Shown: positions 23,878 to 36,876 of the stretch, in pieces
Layout: the number at the start of each line of letters is the position of its first letter
How positions within the stretch are numbered: the stretch's first letter is position 1
Assembly: GCF_006345805.1 (NCBI RefSeq)
Contig: NC_043024.1
Span: 7,936,001-8,000,000 of the forward strand
Direction: 5' to 3'
Length of the DNA: 64,000 nucleotides
From: Octopus sinensis
Lineage: Eukaryota
Translations under genes and position numbers: made by a program
The notes under the pieces: model-generated
What the model was told of the DNA's origin: nothing
The model's input: the letters and a program-made list of their open reading frames with translations, nothing else
The model's database searches: none

Positions 23878-24293
23878 AAATAAGAAAATAGAATCATCTT
23901 TGGTGATAATAGCCGAGGATATGGAGAATATATTTTAAAAAATTATAAAATGTGATATCTGTCTCAAAAACGAGTCTTCGTTTATAATTCGAACTCACTG
24001 TCTTATCCTTCATATTTTAAATTTATTATTATTTATGCCTTTTATTCCTCTTGTTCGGAAAATTCTTGTTGCTTGTGAATATTTGTGGAATCGATAGTTT
24101 GATTTTTATTTCCTTGCATATCGTTTTTACTTTTTTTTTTTTGTGATTGATTGGGTTAGGTGAAACGATCGTCACCTCTCACTTATTTGCAGTGCAATAT
24201 CGACTTCGAATTTTCCTGTAGATAAGAATGAATATATATATATAATAATTCGGTGTGTGGTGAGGCAAATCGTTGCTGAACCCTAATTATTTA

Positions 24294-24351
<58 letters not shown>

Positions 24352-24563
24352 ATATATATATATATATCATCATCATCATCGCCGTCATCGTTTAACGTCC
24401 ATTTTCCGTGCTAGCACGGGTTGGACGGTTCGACTGGAGTCTGGGAAGCCAGGAGGCTGCACCAGGCTCCAGTCTGATCTGGCAGTGTTTCTACAGCTGG
24501 ATGCCCTTCCTAACGCCAACCACTCCATGAGTGTAGTGATATATATATATATAATATATATAT

Positions 24564-24609
<46 letters not shown>

Positions 24610-24698
24610 TGTATGTGTATGTATATATATATAACGGCTGGGCAGTTATTTTTTAATCACTACACGTTTCCATACAACATATTTCTTCATATATACAG

Positions 24699-24740
24699 GA
24701 ATTTGATTATGCAACGGTTTACCTGTATAATGAGATCCAG
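24699..24740 (+). CDS. Candidate 42-nt phase-0/0 exon (EFDYATVYLYNEIQ)
   Basis: TTTCTTCATATATACAG| acceptor and CAG|GTGATA donor; frame-compatible with the 4534 donor. No homology support. Confidence 0.25.
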
Positions 24741-25653
24741 GTGATATTCAGTTGCTGTCTCCGTTAGTTACAAAACCTTCGGCTTCGATGCTAATACATC
24801 CATCTGCCTTGTTTTAATTTTTATTTTCGCACTCGACGGATGCCCAAATCTAGATTTGGAAGCATATCGTAACACTACCGGCTATTTGGTAATTGTAAGG
24901 GTGAACTAGCTCTATTTTGTACTCTGCTACGTTCCTAACGGAATATACCTTTATATATATATATATATATTTATTAATTTATTATATATATATATATAGC
25001 TCAGCTCCGGTGAAGCGATAGGGTGTGCTCAAGCACTCGGCTATTGATTATATTGCATCATATAGCAGAGACAGCTGTAAGCTAGTGAAGTTAATAAGAT
25101 GACCGTTTATTCTTATATATATGTTATGGATGGAAGCACTCCGTCGGTTACGACGACGAGGGTTCCGGTTGAACCGACCAACGTGAAATTAACGTGTAAG
25201 TGGGTGAGCACTCCACAGACACGTGTACCCCTAACGTAGTTCTCGTGGATATTCAGCCGGCCCTTAGGTACAACAGAAACAGGAAGTAAGAGTGAGAGAA
25301 AGTTGTGGTGAAAGAGTACAGCAGGGATCACCACCATCCCTGCCAGAGCCTCGTGGAGCTTTAAGTGTTTTCGCTCAATAAACACTCACAACGCCCGGTC
25401 TGGGAATCGAAACCGCGATCCTACGACCGCGAGTCCGCTGCCCTAACCACTGGGCCATTGCGCCTCCACATATATATTATATATTCTAAGTGTGCCTCCA
25501 TATATTTTCTATAGAATTTAGAGCCAGCAATTTATACACACCCACAGACTTCTAATTGCAATTAACACAGCTTATAATTATGCATTACTTGAATGGAATA
25601 TAATCAACGAATGCTAAAAAGATGATCCATTGCAGAGATAAATAAACAATTAG

Positions 25654-25750
25654 GTTAGATCGATTGGTTAGTACGAGTGGTGGTGGTGGTGGTGGTAGTG
25701 GCGGCGAGGAAACCGAACCATCGATCGAATTTAATCAATCCCATGGACAG
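25654..25750 (+). other. Candidate alternative exon in a CpG island (GGT-repeat leader; ATG GAC AG)
   Basis: Donor CAG|GTACGT at 25751; one frame reads STSGGGGGGSGGEETEPSIEFNQSHGQ, another starts CCATGG at 25743. Left boundary uncertain. Confidence 0.4.
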
Positions 25751-26015
25751 GTACGTTCCAGTGAAGTGGGGGTAGGTTTTTTTTTTCTGTTTACTTTTTT
25801 TTTTTCCTCGGAAATTTTGGAGGGATAACAAAATTCGAACGGGAACACAGTTGGACAAACGAATGCTTTAACATCGCTTTGGTGTTTATAATAAAAAATG
25901 AAGTCTTAACGACCTTCGTTCTTAATACCAGTACTAGGTGTGTGTGTGTGTGTATATATATATTTTACACCACTCTGGTCGAGTAATATATTACTTGTGT
26001 ATGTATATATATATA

Positions 26016-26410
26016 CTAGCAGTATCGCCCGGCGTTGCTCGGATTTGTAAGGGAAATAACTATATAAGCATTTTTAGAGAGTTACAGCCAAAAAATAGCA
26101 AAAAAATGCATTAAAATGGAAAAAAAACGATGGTAAATTTTTTTTTAAATCGTTGACTCATCGTAGACATTTTTAGAGAGTTACTTCCCTTATATAATAG
26201 CGAAAAAATGCATTAAAATGGAAAAAAAATGATGGTAAATTTTTTTTTAAATCGTAGACTCATCGTAGACGCGCGCTAATACCCAGAAGGGCTCGATATG
26301 AATCACAACTATAAGATACCCAGTTTTGGTTAAACTGCACCGCAAAATGTGGGAGTAGTTAGGAATCTAAATCGTAGGAGACAGACACACTTCACTTTTA
26401 TATATAAAGA

Positions 26411-26411
<1 letters not shown>
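26016..26411 (-). mobile_element. Non-autonomous Helitron (DINE/Lep1-like), family H1
   Basis: Minus strand: 5' ATCTTTATATATAAAAG, 3' hairpin CCGAGCAACGCCGGG then CTGCTAG|T; second copy at 34515-34870. Confidence 0.75.
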
Positions 26412-26429
<18 letters not shown>

Positions 26430-26454
<25 letters not shown>

Positions 26455-26977
26455 CGAGTAATATATTACTTGTATATATATATTTATTTTATTTTATTTT
26501 TTATCTAGTTTTCAGCTCACGAGCTGTGGCCATGCTGGGGCACCGCCATTTGGTGTTGCTACATGATTTTTACTTCACGAATGCTTTTTAGCAATTGCCA
26601 TGTGTATGCATATGTATATGTGTGTGTATGTATGTATGTGTGTATATATATGTATATATGTGTATATATATATGTATAAATACATATATATATATACGAG
26701 TAATATATTACTTGTATGTATATATATACATATATATATGTATATATATATATATATACGAGTAATATATTACTTGTATGTATGTATATATATATGTGTA
26801 TGTATGTATGTATATATATATGTGTATGTATGTATGTATATATATATGTGTATGTATGTATGTATATATATGTGTATGTATGTATGTATATATATGTGTA
26901 TATATATATGTGTATATATATATATATATAATATATATATATACACACGAGTTATATATTACTTGTATGTATGTATG

Positions 26978-27005
<28 letters not shown>
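26430..27005. repeat. Compound (TA)/(TATG) microsatellite with an interspersed palindromic motif
   Basis: AGTAATATATTACT at 26457, 26699, 26761 and a variant at 26950. Confidence 0.9.
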
Positions 27006-27008
<3 letters not shown>

Positions 27009-27287
27009 TTACTTGTAATTTTGTAAAATTACTACACATAATGTTTGTGTGTATATATAGACATAACACAAAAAATTAATACATATGCTTTGCTGCTTGC
27101 TATCTTGGGAATCAAAGACTATGACAGATCTTGATGTATATTGGTTTTCATAGATCGTAAGTGTAAGTAGGAAAGAGAGCGTGTGTATATATAAGAGTAC
27201 ATGTGTGTGAGAAAGGGAGAGAACGAGCGAAAGAGAGAATATCAGTGCCCGCTCGGGATTTTATATATGTGTATATATATGTTTGTT

Positions 27288-27321
<34 letters not shown>

Positions 27322-27855
27322 TGAAAATCAGAGGTTGCTATTTAAGTTTGTTAATTTTTAACCCTTCCCCTATCTGAATAATTATTTCAGGTTTTTTTTT
27401 TTTTATAATTAAGTTTATTATATTTTATTATAATAAGGAAATGTAAGTGAATTGTATTTTAATGATATCCAACGATGGTATTATTGGTAATATTTAATAT
27501 CAAAATGGAATTTCTTAAGGAAAATAATAGATAGGATAATTTGAAAATTATATATATATATATTTAAAAAATTTTTTAAATATTTTTATCTAGTTTCAGC
27601 TCACAAGCTGTGGCCATGCTGGGGCACCGCCATTTATATAAAATTTTAATTATTTAAATATAGACTTTTCGTCTTATCTTGTATACAAATGTTGTTTAGC
27701 TGGCCCAAGATCAGGCCTGATCAGATATTTTTGTCAAAGGCTTTCCAGCAGCGACCATCATCTCTTATTTTTCTGGCTGTGTTGTATACACATAGAAGTA
27801 TTATCGGACGTACAGTCCTCTTGTTTGTTTGTGTAGGTATGTTTGTATGCATGTG

Positions 27856-27893
<38 letters not shown>

Positions 27894-27956
27894 AATCCTT
27901 AAAAATGTTTTAGCACGTCATATTTGCTCGTCAGGTTTTTTAATTACATTCAAGTT

Positions 27957-28382
27957 TAAAATAGTGCGACTTCTGCACGACTAAATTCGTGTGTGTGTGT
28001 GTGTATAATGGGCGTCCCTGTAGAATAGCGTCGGAAATTCTCTATTGCACCAAAAGCCATAATTTCTTCGGATATGTAGGTTTAAGCATTGTAGATTATG
28101 ATTCTGCTCTCCTCCTCGAAGTATGTCTTAAGATGGGTGACTTTTGTCCTTCCCCACCATCATGTAAAATGGTGCGACTTATGCACGACTAAATTCGTGT
28201 GTGTGTGTGTGTGTGTGTGTGTATAATGGGCGTCCCTGTAGAATAGCGTCGGAAATTCTCTATTGCATCAAAAGCCATAATTTCTTCGGATGTATAGGTT
28301 TAAGCATTGTAGATTATGATTCTGCTCTCCCCCTCGAAGTATGTCTTACGATGGGTGACTTTTGTCCTTCCTCACCATCATC
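27957..28382. repeat. Direct tandem duplication, about 210-bp unit x2
   Basis: TAAAAT(A/G)GTGCGACTT...CACCATCAT at 27957 and 28165. Confidence 0.9.
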
Positions 28383-29021
28383 TAAATTTTTCAGTTTTGG
28401 CGTTTTTGTGGAACAATTTTGTTTTTCAGATTTATGTTTTAAGTACTTGATGTTATATGGTACTTCAAAAATCTGCGTAATTTTTTAAAAGATAAATTAA
28501 AGAAAAACAAAAAAAATTCTAAAGCAACGTTACTGAAAAAGTGTGCAGTGGGTGGTTGTCAACAATCTGCCCCTGTTTTTGAGAGGAGGGGTTTCACACT
28601 TGACTGTGTGATAAGTTTGTTTCTCAACCACCACATGGTTCTGGGTTCTGTTCCATTCTGTAGCACCTTGGGCAGGTGTCTTCTACTGTAGCACTGGCAA
28701 AAACCAAACTCTTGTGAATAAATTTGGTAGATGGGAACTAAAAATAGCTTGTAATTGTGTATGTATTTATGTGTGTTTGTGTTTGTCCCCACCACTACTT
28801 GGCAACCGGTGTTGGTTTGTTTACACCTGCATAACTTAGCAGTTCAGCTAAAGACACAATAGAATAATTACCAGACACATACTAGGTTTGATTTGTTCGA
28901 CTAACCTGTTCAAGGCAGTGCCCGAGCATGGCTGCAGTCTTTTGACCGAAACAAATAAGATACATAGTAATATAAGTTCTAAGGGATACCAAATATTAAA
29001 TATTATCTGGTCTGGAGCTCA

Positions 29022-29294
29022 ATAGGCGCAGGAGTGGCCGTGTGGTAAGTAGCTTGTTTACCAACCACATGGTTCCGTGTTCAGTCCCACTGCGTGGCAC
29101 CTTGGGCAAGTGTCTTTTACTATAGCCCCGGGCCGACCAAAGCCTTGTGAGTGGATTTGGTAGACGGAAACTGAAAGAAGCCTGTCGTATATATGTATAT
29201 ATATATATGCATGTGTGTTTGTGTGTCTGTGTTTATCCCCCTAGCATTGCATCAGTTGTCAAGCAATGCTAGGGGGACAAACACACACACACGC

Positions 29295-29325
<31 letters not shown>

Positions 29326-29493
29326 TACGACAGGCTTCTTTCAGTTTCCGTCTACCAAATCCACTCACAAGGCATTGGTCGGCCCGGGGCTATAGCAGAA
29401 GACACTTGCCCTAGATGCCACGCAGTGGGACTGAACCCGGAACTATGTGGTTGGTTAGCAAGCTACTTACCACACAGCCACTCCTGCGCCTAT
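29022..29493. repeat. Palindrome of two SINE K 5' halves
   Basis: 29022-29250 (+) and 29262-29493 (-), about 11-12-nt loop. Confidence 0.9.
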
Positions 29494-29949
29494 CTATGCT
29501 TTTCATCCTTTCAGGGTCAATAAAATAAGTACCAGTTTAATGCTGGGGTTGATGGAATTGACCTCCCCTCCTTCACCCAAAATCGCTGACCTTGTTCCAA
29601 AATTTGAAATCAATTATTACAAAGGTGGCATGCTGGCTGAATTTTTAGTGTGTTGGACAAAATACTTTGCGATATTTTTTGTCTGTATGTTCCGAGTTCA
29701 AATTCTGCTGAGGTCACCGTTACCTTTCATCCTCTTTGACCCCTGTGGTCTATGTAATTCACTGTCCCGCCTCTGCAGTTTCGAACCTTGTACCTATACT
29801 AGACAGAATTGCTGTTGTAAAATGGTATTCAATCATGCTTGCTTAGTGTTTTGAGTTCAAATCCCACTGTAGTAATAAACTTTTGCCTTCTAAGTGATTG
29901 AGAGGTGCGGCTGATAAAATAAACTAGAAGTCAAGTTTTGGGGCTAATT

Positions 29950-30660
29950 GCTTTGTGCCTTAGAAATCAGCACTTCTAGTGTTGTTCCTACTACTACTAC
30001 GACTTCAAGTGCTATTGTTATTACTACTTTTACTTTGACTACTGCTTGTACTTTCATTATTACTATGACAAATACTATTGCTACCACCACTACTACTGTC
30101 ACTATAACTACTACCTGTACTTTCATTATTATTACTAATATTTAATTCTTTATTGCCCACAAGGGGCTAAACATACAGGAGACAAACAAGGACAGACAAA
30201 CGGATTTAGTCGATTACATCGACCCCAGTGCATAACTGGTACTTATTTAATCAACCCTGAAAGTATGAAAAGCAAAGTCGACCTCGGTGGAACTCAGAAC
30301 ATAACGACAGACGAAATACGGCTACACATTTTGCCCAGGGTGCTAACGTTTCTGCCAGCTCGCTGCCCTTGTAATACTATTACTAATATTACTACTATTT
30401 TCACTATTACATCACTACCATCACCTTGAGTACTACTCTTACTACTACCACCGTCAACCACAGGTGATACTATTACTACTAGTTTTACTGCAATTACTGC
30501 TTGTACTCACATTATTACTATTACTAATATGACTGCTGCTACTATTACTACAGCTACCACCAGAATTACTACTTGGGTTATGATATTACTTTTATTACTA
30601 CTACTAATATAGCTGCTGCTGCTGCCACCACCACCACTGTTACTACTACTTCTACTATAA
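29950..30660. repeat. Degenerate (ACT/TAC)n tract interrupted by a SINE B copy (about 30146-30368)
   Basis: Direct inspection. Confidence 0.8.
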
Positions 30661-31291
30661 CTGTTTAAATTGTATTATTAGTACTTAGAAGTTAAGGTGG
30701 TGAAATGGCAGAATCGTTAGCACACTGGACAAAATGCTTATGGCTTTTTGCTCATTCTTATGTTCTGTGTTCAAATGCTGCCAAATAAGTACCAGTTGAG
30801 AACTGGGGTCAATATAATCAACTAGCCCCTCCCCATAAAATTTCAGGCCTTATGCCTATGGTCAAAACGTTTATTACAACCACAGGTGCAACACTAACTT
30901 TCCTGGCGCTGACGATCTGCAACCTTGTATAATCTGTACTGATTTCGACTAATGGGGAGCTACCTGTATTTCATTTAATTATTTAAGTAAATTTAATATT
31001 TGTTTAATTCAGAGTGTCTTGACCAAGGTGACTATCCCTGGTTTAGAAAAATCATTAATCCAGAAAGGTTTTGGAATCAAAGGTTCCAAAAAGTTTATGT
31101 TGTACCTGTATTAACATTGCTGGTGGTGGTGGTGGTTGTGGTAGTGGAACTAAACCAGTGGTTCTCAGCCAGGGCCCATATAAGATTTTGTTGTTTGAAT
31201 TTGTGCAATAAATTAGTTATGCTTCTAAAATAAACAAAATATTTAAAGTTTTTTAAAACAATTCCTGATAATTAATTACCATCATCATTGT

Positions 31292-31815
31292 TTAACCCTT
31301 TTGTTACTGTATTTATTTTGAGATGCTCTGTGTTTCTTTCAATTACTTTAAATATAACAAAGGATTTAGTAAAATAACTTAGTTATCATTCAGCTAGTGT
31401 TAGGAACATAAATTGTGACTAAGGTTTGGTGGAAGATTTTAATTCAAAACTTATGAAAACAAGACCAGAGCTAGAGCCGGGTTGGTAATGAAAGGGTTAA
31501 ATCTAACAAAGAATTTAGTAAAATAACTTAGTTATCATTAAGCTAGTGTAAGGAACATAAATTGTGACTAAGGTTTGGTGGAAGATTTTAATTCAAAACT
31601 TATGAAAACAAGACCAGAGCTAGAGCCGGGTTGGTAATGAAAGGGTTAAATCTAACAAAGAATTTAGTAAAATAACTTAGTTATCATTCAGCTAGTGTAA
31701 GGAACATAAATTGTGACTGGTTTGGTGGAAGATTTTAATTCAGAAATTTTGAAAACAAGACATTCGTACTCAGAGCCAGAGCTGGTTTTTGCCAGGTTGG
31801 TAACAAAAGGGTTAA
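31292..31815 (+). mobile_element. piggyBac-like TTAA MITE P1 plus two tandem partial copies
   Basis: TTAA CCCTTT...AAAGGG TTAA; right ends at 31500, 31649 and 31815. Confidence 0.85.
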
Positions 31816-31819
31816 CATC

Positions 31820-32510
31820 CACTTTCCATGCTGGCATGGGTCGGACTGTTTGACATGGAGCTGGCTAGCAGCAAGCTGTCTAGACTCCACCTGTCTGTTG
31901 TGGCATGGTTTTCATGGCTGGATGCCCTTCCTTAACGCCAGTCACTTAACAGAGTGTGCTGGATACTTTTCACATACCACTGGCACCAGCACCTGAAAGG
32001 ACAAGCCTGTATGTATGGAAGACAGCGATTTTACTAAGCTTGACACGTCTTATCAATTACAGCAAATTTCCACGTCTCCTGATCCCTTGTCATTTCCTCA
32101 GTGAGGCCCAGCATCTGAAGATCCTTTCTCATCACTTCTTCCCACATCTTCCTGGGCCTACCCCTTCCATATGTACCTTCCACAATTAAAGCTTGGTACT
32201 TCTTTATGCAGCTGTCCTCATCCATATGCATCACATGACCAAATAAGCACAGTCTTCTCTTTTGCAACATCTGATGCCCCTTATACGCAGCTTTCCTCTT
32301 GAATCATTTACACTCTGTCTTGCATGCACGCTGACATTATCCATCCAGCAGAACATGCTAGCTCCATTTCTTTCAAGCCTTTGCAAGTCCTCTGTAGTCA
32401 AAGACCATGCTTCACTGCCATGTAACATAGCTGTACGTACACAGGCATCATACAATCTGCCTTTCAGTCTGAGGGAGAGGCCCTTAGTTACCGACTAAGG
32501 TAGAAGCTCT
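31820..32510 (-). mobile_element. RTE-clade LINE, 5'-truncated, with 3' UTR related to family C
   Basis: Translates YDACVRTAMLHGSEAWSL...RRLCLFGHVMHM...EGTYGRGRPRKMW...RDQETWK, the canonical RTE RT C-terminus. Confidence 0.9.
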
Positions 32511-32536
32511 CTGAACTTTGCTCAGCCAGTTCTTTT

Positions 32537-32764
32537 TTAACCCTTTAGCATGAAACCCGGCCATATCTGGCCAAAATATTTAACCTGTTTTATATTGAAA
32601 CTGACCAGATCTCGCCTCTCACCTCAGCCCTACCATGTCATTCTAAAACTAAAAAATCACATCACTGAAATCTCTAAACTACAAGATAATGCATGATTAA
32701 TTCAAACCATTTTAAATAAACAAACATCACATTTGACAGAATAATCTGAACACTAAAGGGTTAA
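32537..32764 (+). mobile_element. piggyBac-like TTAA MITE P2
   Basis: TTAA CCCTTTAG...CTAAAGGG TTAA; other copies at 37590-37815, 39474-39711, 42016-42243, 54190-54416 (-) and 54462-55025. Confidence 0.85.
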
Positions 32765-32995
32765 ACATTGATTAACTAGGAGGACCCACCCGAGTAAAAT
32801 AGGAATCAAAGGGTCCAAAGGTAAAGAAATGGTTGAGAAACATTGAACTCAACCAAACATTATTTCATTTCACTGTATCTGTAAAAGATCGGTTTGTTGT
32901 CAGTTCTTATTGGTCAAACATCACATTGGAATATATGTAATGTCTTTTATTTGCAGCCTTCCATCTCATTACCCTCTTTCCCAACCATTCCAATA

Positions 32996-33428
32996 TCTCT
33001 CTATATATAAACGGCAGTTTGTCTGTCTGTGTGTCTGTCAGGTTGTACCCTCACCCTGACCACGGCTTTCAACCGATTCTGATGGAACTTGACACACACA
33101 TAGCCCAATGTCATAATTCAAAACTAACACAGCGAAAATTTTGGAAAGTTCCCCCAGTTCTGAAAAAAATCGATAAATTCGACATTGGCTCGAGAATCTA
33201 AGCTTTTTATATGCAACACATTTTCTCTCTAGGGGACACAACTCGACCATTTTATTGCCCAAAGGGACAGCTAGGAACATCGTATACACAGAAGTATTCG
33301 AGTGAAGAGAAGACATTGCAACCTACACATGCGCCTTCGTTCCCTAGAGGGAAAGGACTAGATTGGGATTAGTCGTTGCCTACTAGGGGCTCTTACAATA
33401 CCCGGGCAACGCCGGGCTATGCTGCTAG
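32996..33428 (+). mobile_element. Non-autonomous Helitron family H2
   Basis: 5' TCTCTATATATAAACGGC, 3' CCCGGGCAACGCCGGG...CTGCTAG|T. Confidence 0.75.
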
Positions 33429-34859
33429 TATTTAACTAAAATAAGTACCAGTTGTATTCTTGGGTCACTTCAATTGAACATAACTCCATTGTGCTGTTTA
33501 ACTCTTTGTCCTGTGTCTCACACGGTATGCAGGACATAATTTCTCTGGTGTCCATGTATATATGATACACATTTCCATTTTTTTCCGACTACCATAATGA
33601 CTTAGGATTTATGAAAGAAAAGTTTTATATTACTCAGAACATATGCACCAAGGACTAACCAAAAGTTTGAAAACTATCATGGATGTTTAGGACAAACGTA
33701 ACATTTTTTGTTACCATATTTGTGTTGAAATACACTGCTGTTGTTTCAATTAACTTTTAAGATAATGGAGAATTCCATAAAATAACTTTGTTACTATTAA
33801 GTTGGTGTTTGGAACATAAATTAAAACCTTCCATCGAAATTTCATGTTGAGTAAGATTCACTTTAAAATAAAACGTTTGTATCACAGATCCAGGAGTTAG
33901 TCTCAGCGGTAGATTGGTATAAAAGGGGTTAACACCCTACTTTGGCATTTTTTATACCTTAGCAAGCATTTGGGCCAGCTTTATACTTGGAGAATATCTT
34001 CCGCCCTGCTTTCAGTCTTGCAGACCCTGTAAAGATTTATGAAAACTACCTTCTTTCCTGAGAAAAATATTAAAAAAAAAGCAACAGTAAATAGCATTAA
34101 AATAAATTGTGTCCTTCAGTCAGAAACAAAGATCTTTTTGAAGCGTAACCTTATTGGAATCATTCCAGATACTACACAACACCGAGCTATTTATACTTAC
34201 CATACACTAGTGCACTATCATCACACTGCTTATAGTACATTACTGCAACTACCATATACTACTATTACACTGTTTTAATACACTAGTATTTAAGTTTCAG
34301 TACATATTTCAATATTGATTGTGGGCGTAGATGACCAAATTATTAAGATAACTGATACACTGGATGGAAGGAGTCGATTACTTTGTATCTGTGATGCTGG
34401 CATTTGACTCAGTTGTTAAAGTCCACTTATTGTAGTGGCAGTAGTGACTCTGTATTTGACTCTAACTCTTCGATTTATCATACCACTGATTCCAGCTCTT
34501 CTGTTTATTATATACTAGCAGTATCGCCCGGCGTTGCTCGGGTTTGTATGGGAAATAACTATAAAGCATTTTTAGAGAGTTATAGCTGAAAAATAGCAAA
34601 AAAATGCATTAAAAATGGAAAAAATATGATGGTAAATTTTTTTTTAACTCGTTGACTCACCGTAGACATTTTTAGAGAGTTACTTCCCTTATATTTATAA
34701 AATATGCATTAAAATGGAAAAAAATGATGGTAAATTATTTTTTAAATCGTAGACTCATCGTAGACGCGCGCTAATACCCAGACGGGCTTAAACTGCACTG
34801 CAAAATGTGGGAGTAGTTAGGAATCTAAATCGGAGTAGACAGACACACAACCTTTCTTT

Positions 34860-34895
<36 letters not shown>

Positions 34896-34968
34896 CCTAG
34901 TTAATCATTGATTCATTTATCATAGATCTTGGATAACATATTATGCTTAATTGTGAACCATGTTATAC

Positions 34969-35167
34969 TCTCTCTCTCTTTTACTCTTTTACTTGTTTCA
35001 GTCATTTGACTGCGGCCATGCTGGAGCACCGCCTTTAGTCAAGCAAATCGACCCCAGGACTTATTCTTTGTAAGCCCAGTACTTATTCTATCGGTCTCTT
35101 TTGCCGAACTGCTAAGTAACGGGGACATAAACACACCAGCATCGGTTGTCAAGCAATGCTAGGGGGA

Positions 35168-35215
<48 letters not shown>

Positions 35216-35389
35216 CACATATATGACGGGCTTCTTTCAGTTTCCGTCTACCAAATCCACTCACAAGGCTTTGGTCGGCCCGAGGCTATAGTAGAAGACA
35301 CTTGCCCAAGGTGCCACGCAGTGGGACTGAACCCGGAACCATGTGGTTGGTAAGCAAGCTACTTACCACACAGCCACTCCTGCGCCTAT
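34969..35389 (-). mobile_element. SINE K, full-length, young
   Basis: Intact head TAGGCGCAGGAGTGG on minus; inverted relative to 36661-37087 (+). Confidence 0.9.
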
Positions 35390-36097
35390 GACCATGGATT
35401 GTTTCGTTATTTTCGTTTATCGTTTAACGTCCGCATTCCATGCTAGCATGGGTTGGACGATTTGACTGAGGTCTGGCAAACCAGATGGCTGCACCAGACT
35501 CCATTCTGATCTGGCAGAGTTTCTACAGCTGGATGCCCTTCCTAACGCCAATTATCAATGTTATCACAGACTGGTATGTGATAACATGGGCTGCTTGTAC
35601 CATTGGCCACCCACAGTGCTCAGCTACCTAGAATGCTTTGGTTATTGCTTGTGTTTACATGACTGTGCTTTGAGGCTGTATGTATGGATTTAGTCATACC
35701 CATCAATGTGGAGGCACATGGACTAGTGGTTAGAGCAGCGGACTCGCGGTCGAGGGATCGCCGGTTCGAATCTCAGACCGGGTGATGTGTGTGTTTATGA
35801 GCGAAACACCTAAGCTCCACGCGGCTCCGGCAGAATGTAATGGCGAAACTTTTGCTGACTCTTTCGCCACAACTTTTTCTCACTCTTTCCTCCTGCACCT
35901 TGCAGCTCACCAGTGTCCTGTCCAGGTGGGGAACCTATACGCCAAGAAACTGGGAAACTGGTCCTTATGAGCCAGGCATGGCTCGAGAAGGAACAAACAA
36001 CAAAAAACAAAATCCCTTCAATATGGAACCAGTGAACGGAAAAAATGCAAAGGCAACTGATCCTAAAAAATGACACACACAAGTGTATTCTCTACAG

Positions 36098-36126
36098 GAA
36101 AAAGTAAAAGATAATCAAGAAAATAG
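36098..36126 (+). other. Candidate 29-nt microexon (EKVKDNQEN) within an old duplication
   Basis: TATTCTCTACAG| and AG|GTAACA; paralogous segment near 36480-36530. Confidence 0.2.
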
Positions 36127-36830
36127 GTAACAGTGGAGGTTTTGCTGTGGGCTGTGAGTTTGGTATTAATTGCCACACGCATAGCGCTGCGTATATGTGC
36201 ATACATTTTTGTAGGCGCGGGCATGGCTGTGTGTTTTGGGAGCTTGCTTCCTAGCTACATGGTTTCGGGTTCAGTCCCACTGCGTGGCTCTTTGTGTAGG
36301 TGTCTTCCACTATAGCCCCGAGCCAACCGAAGTTTTGTGATTGAATTCGGTAGGCGGAGTTACTGCCGTGTGTGTATGTGTGCGTATAGCTGCTCAGTGC
36401 CTCTCCGAAAAAGAAAGAGGGAATCTACCATTCATTCCAATATGTAGGTTCCTGAAGTTAACAAACGATGCAGGTGTATGTATTCTCCACAGAAAAGGCC
36501 GAGATGAACAAGAAAATACGTGTTGGTAAAATCCTTGCTGCTGTGGGGTCTGAAGTTGGTGCCAATGAATCTACCATTTTCCCCATTTACAAAGTCTGTG
36601 GAGATGATACATTTATCACATTTTTTTTTTCTTTTAACCAAACACTGTGATAAGGATAAATATAGGCGCAGGAGTGGCTCTGTGGTAAGTAGCTTGTTTA
36701 CCAACCACATGGTTCCGGGTTCAGCCCCACTGCGTGGCACCTTGGGCAAGTGTCTTCTACTGTAGCCTCAGGCCGACCAATGCCTTGTGAGTGGATTTGG
36801 TAGACGAACACTGAAAAGAAGCCTGTCGTA

Positions 36831-36876
<46 letters not shown>

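Noticed and set aside
31013-31110. Good acceptor ATTTGTTTAATTCAG followed by open frames (SVLTKVTIPG... or CLDQGDYPWFRK...)
   Set aside because: Only weak donors (best AAG|GTGACT, giving 15 nt); the frame cannot be chosen without transcript data.
32957-32995. Strong acceptor CTTTTATTTGCAG
   Set aside because: It is followed almost immediately by a Helitron, with no usable donor or meaningful frame.
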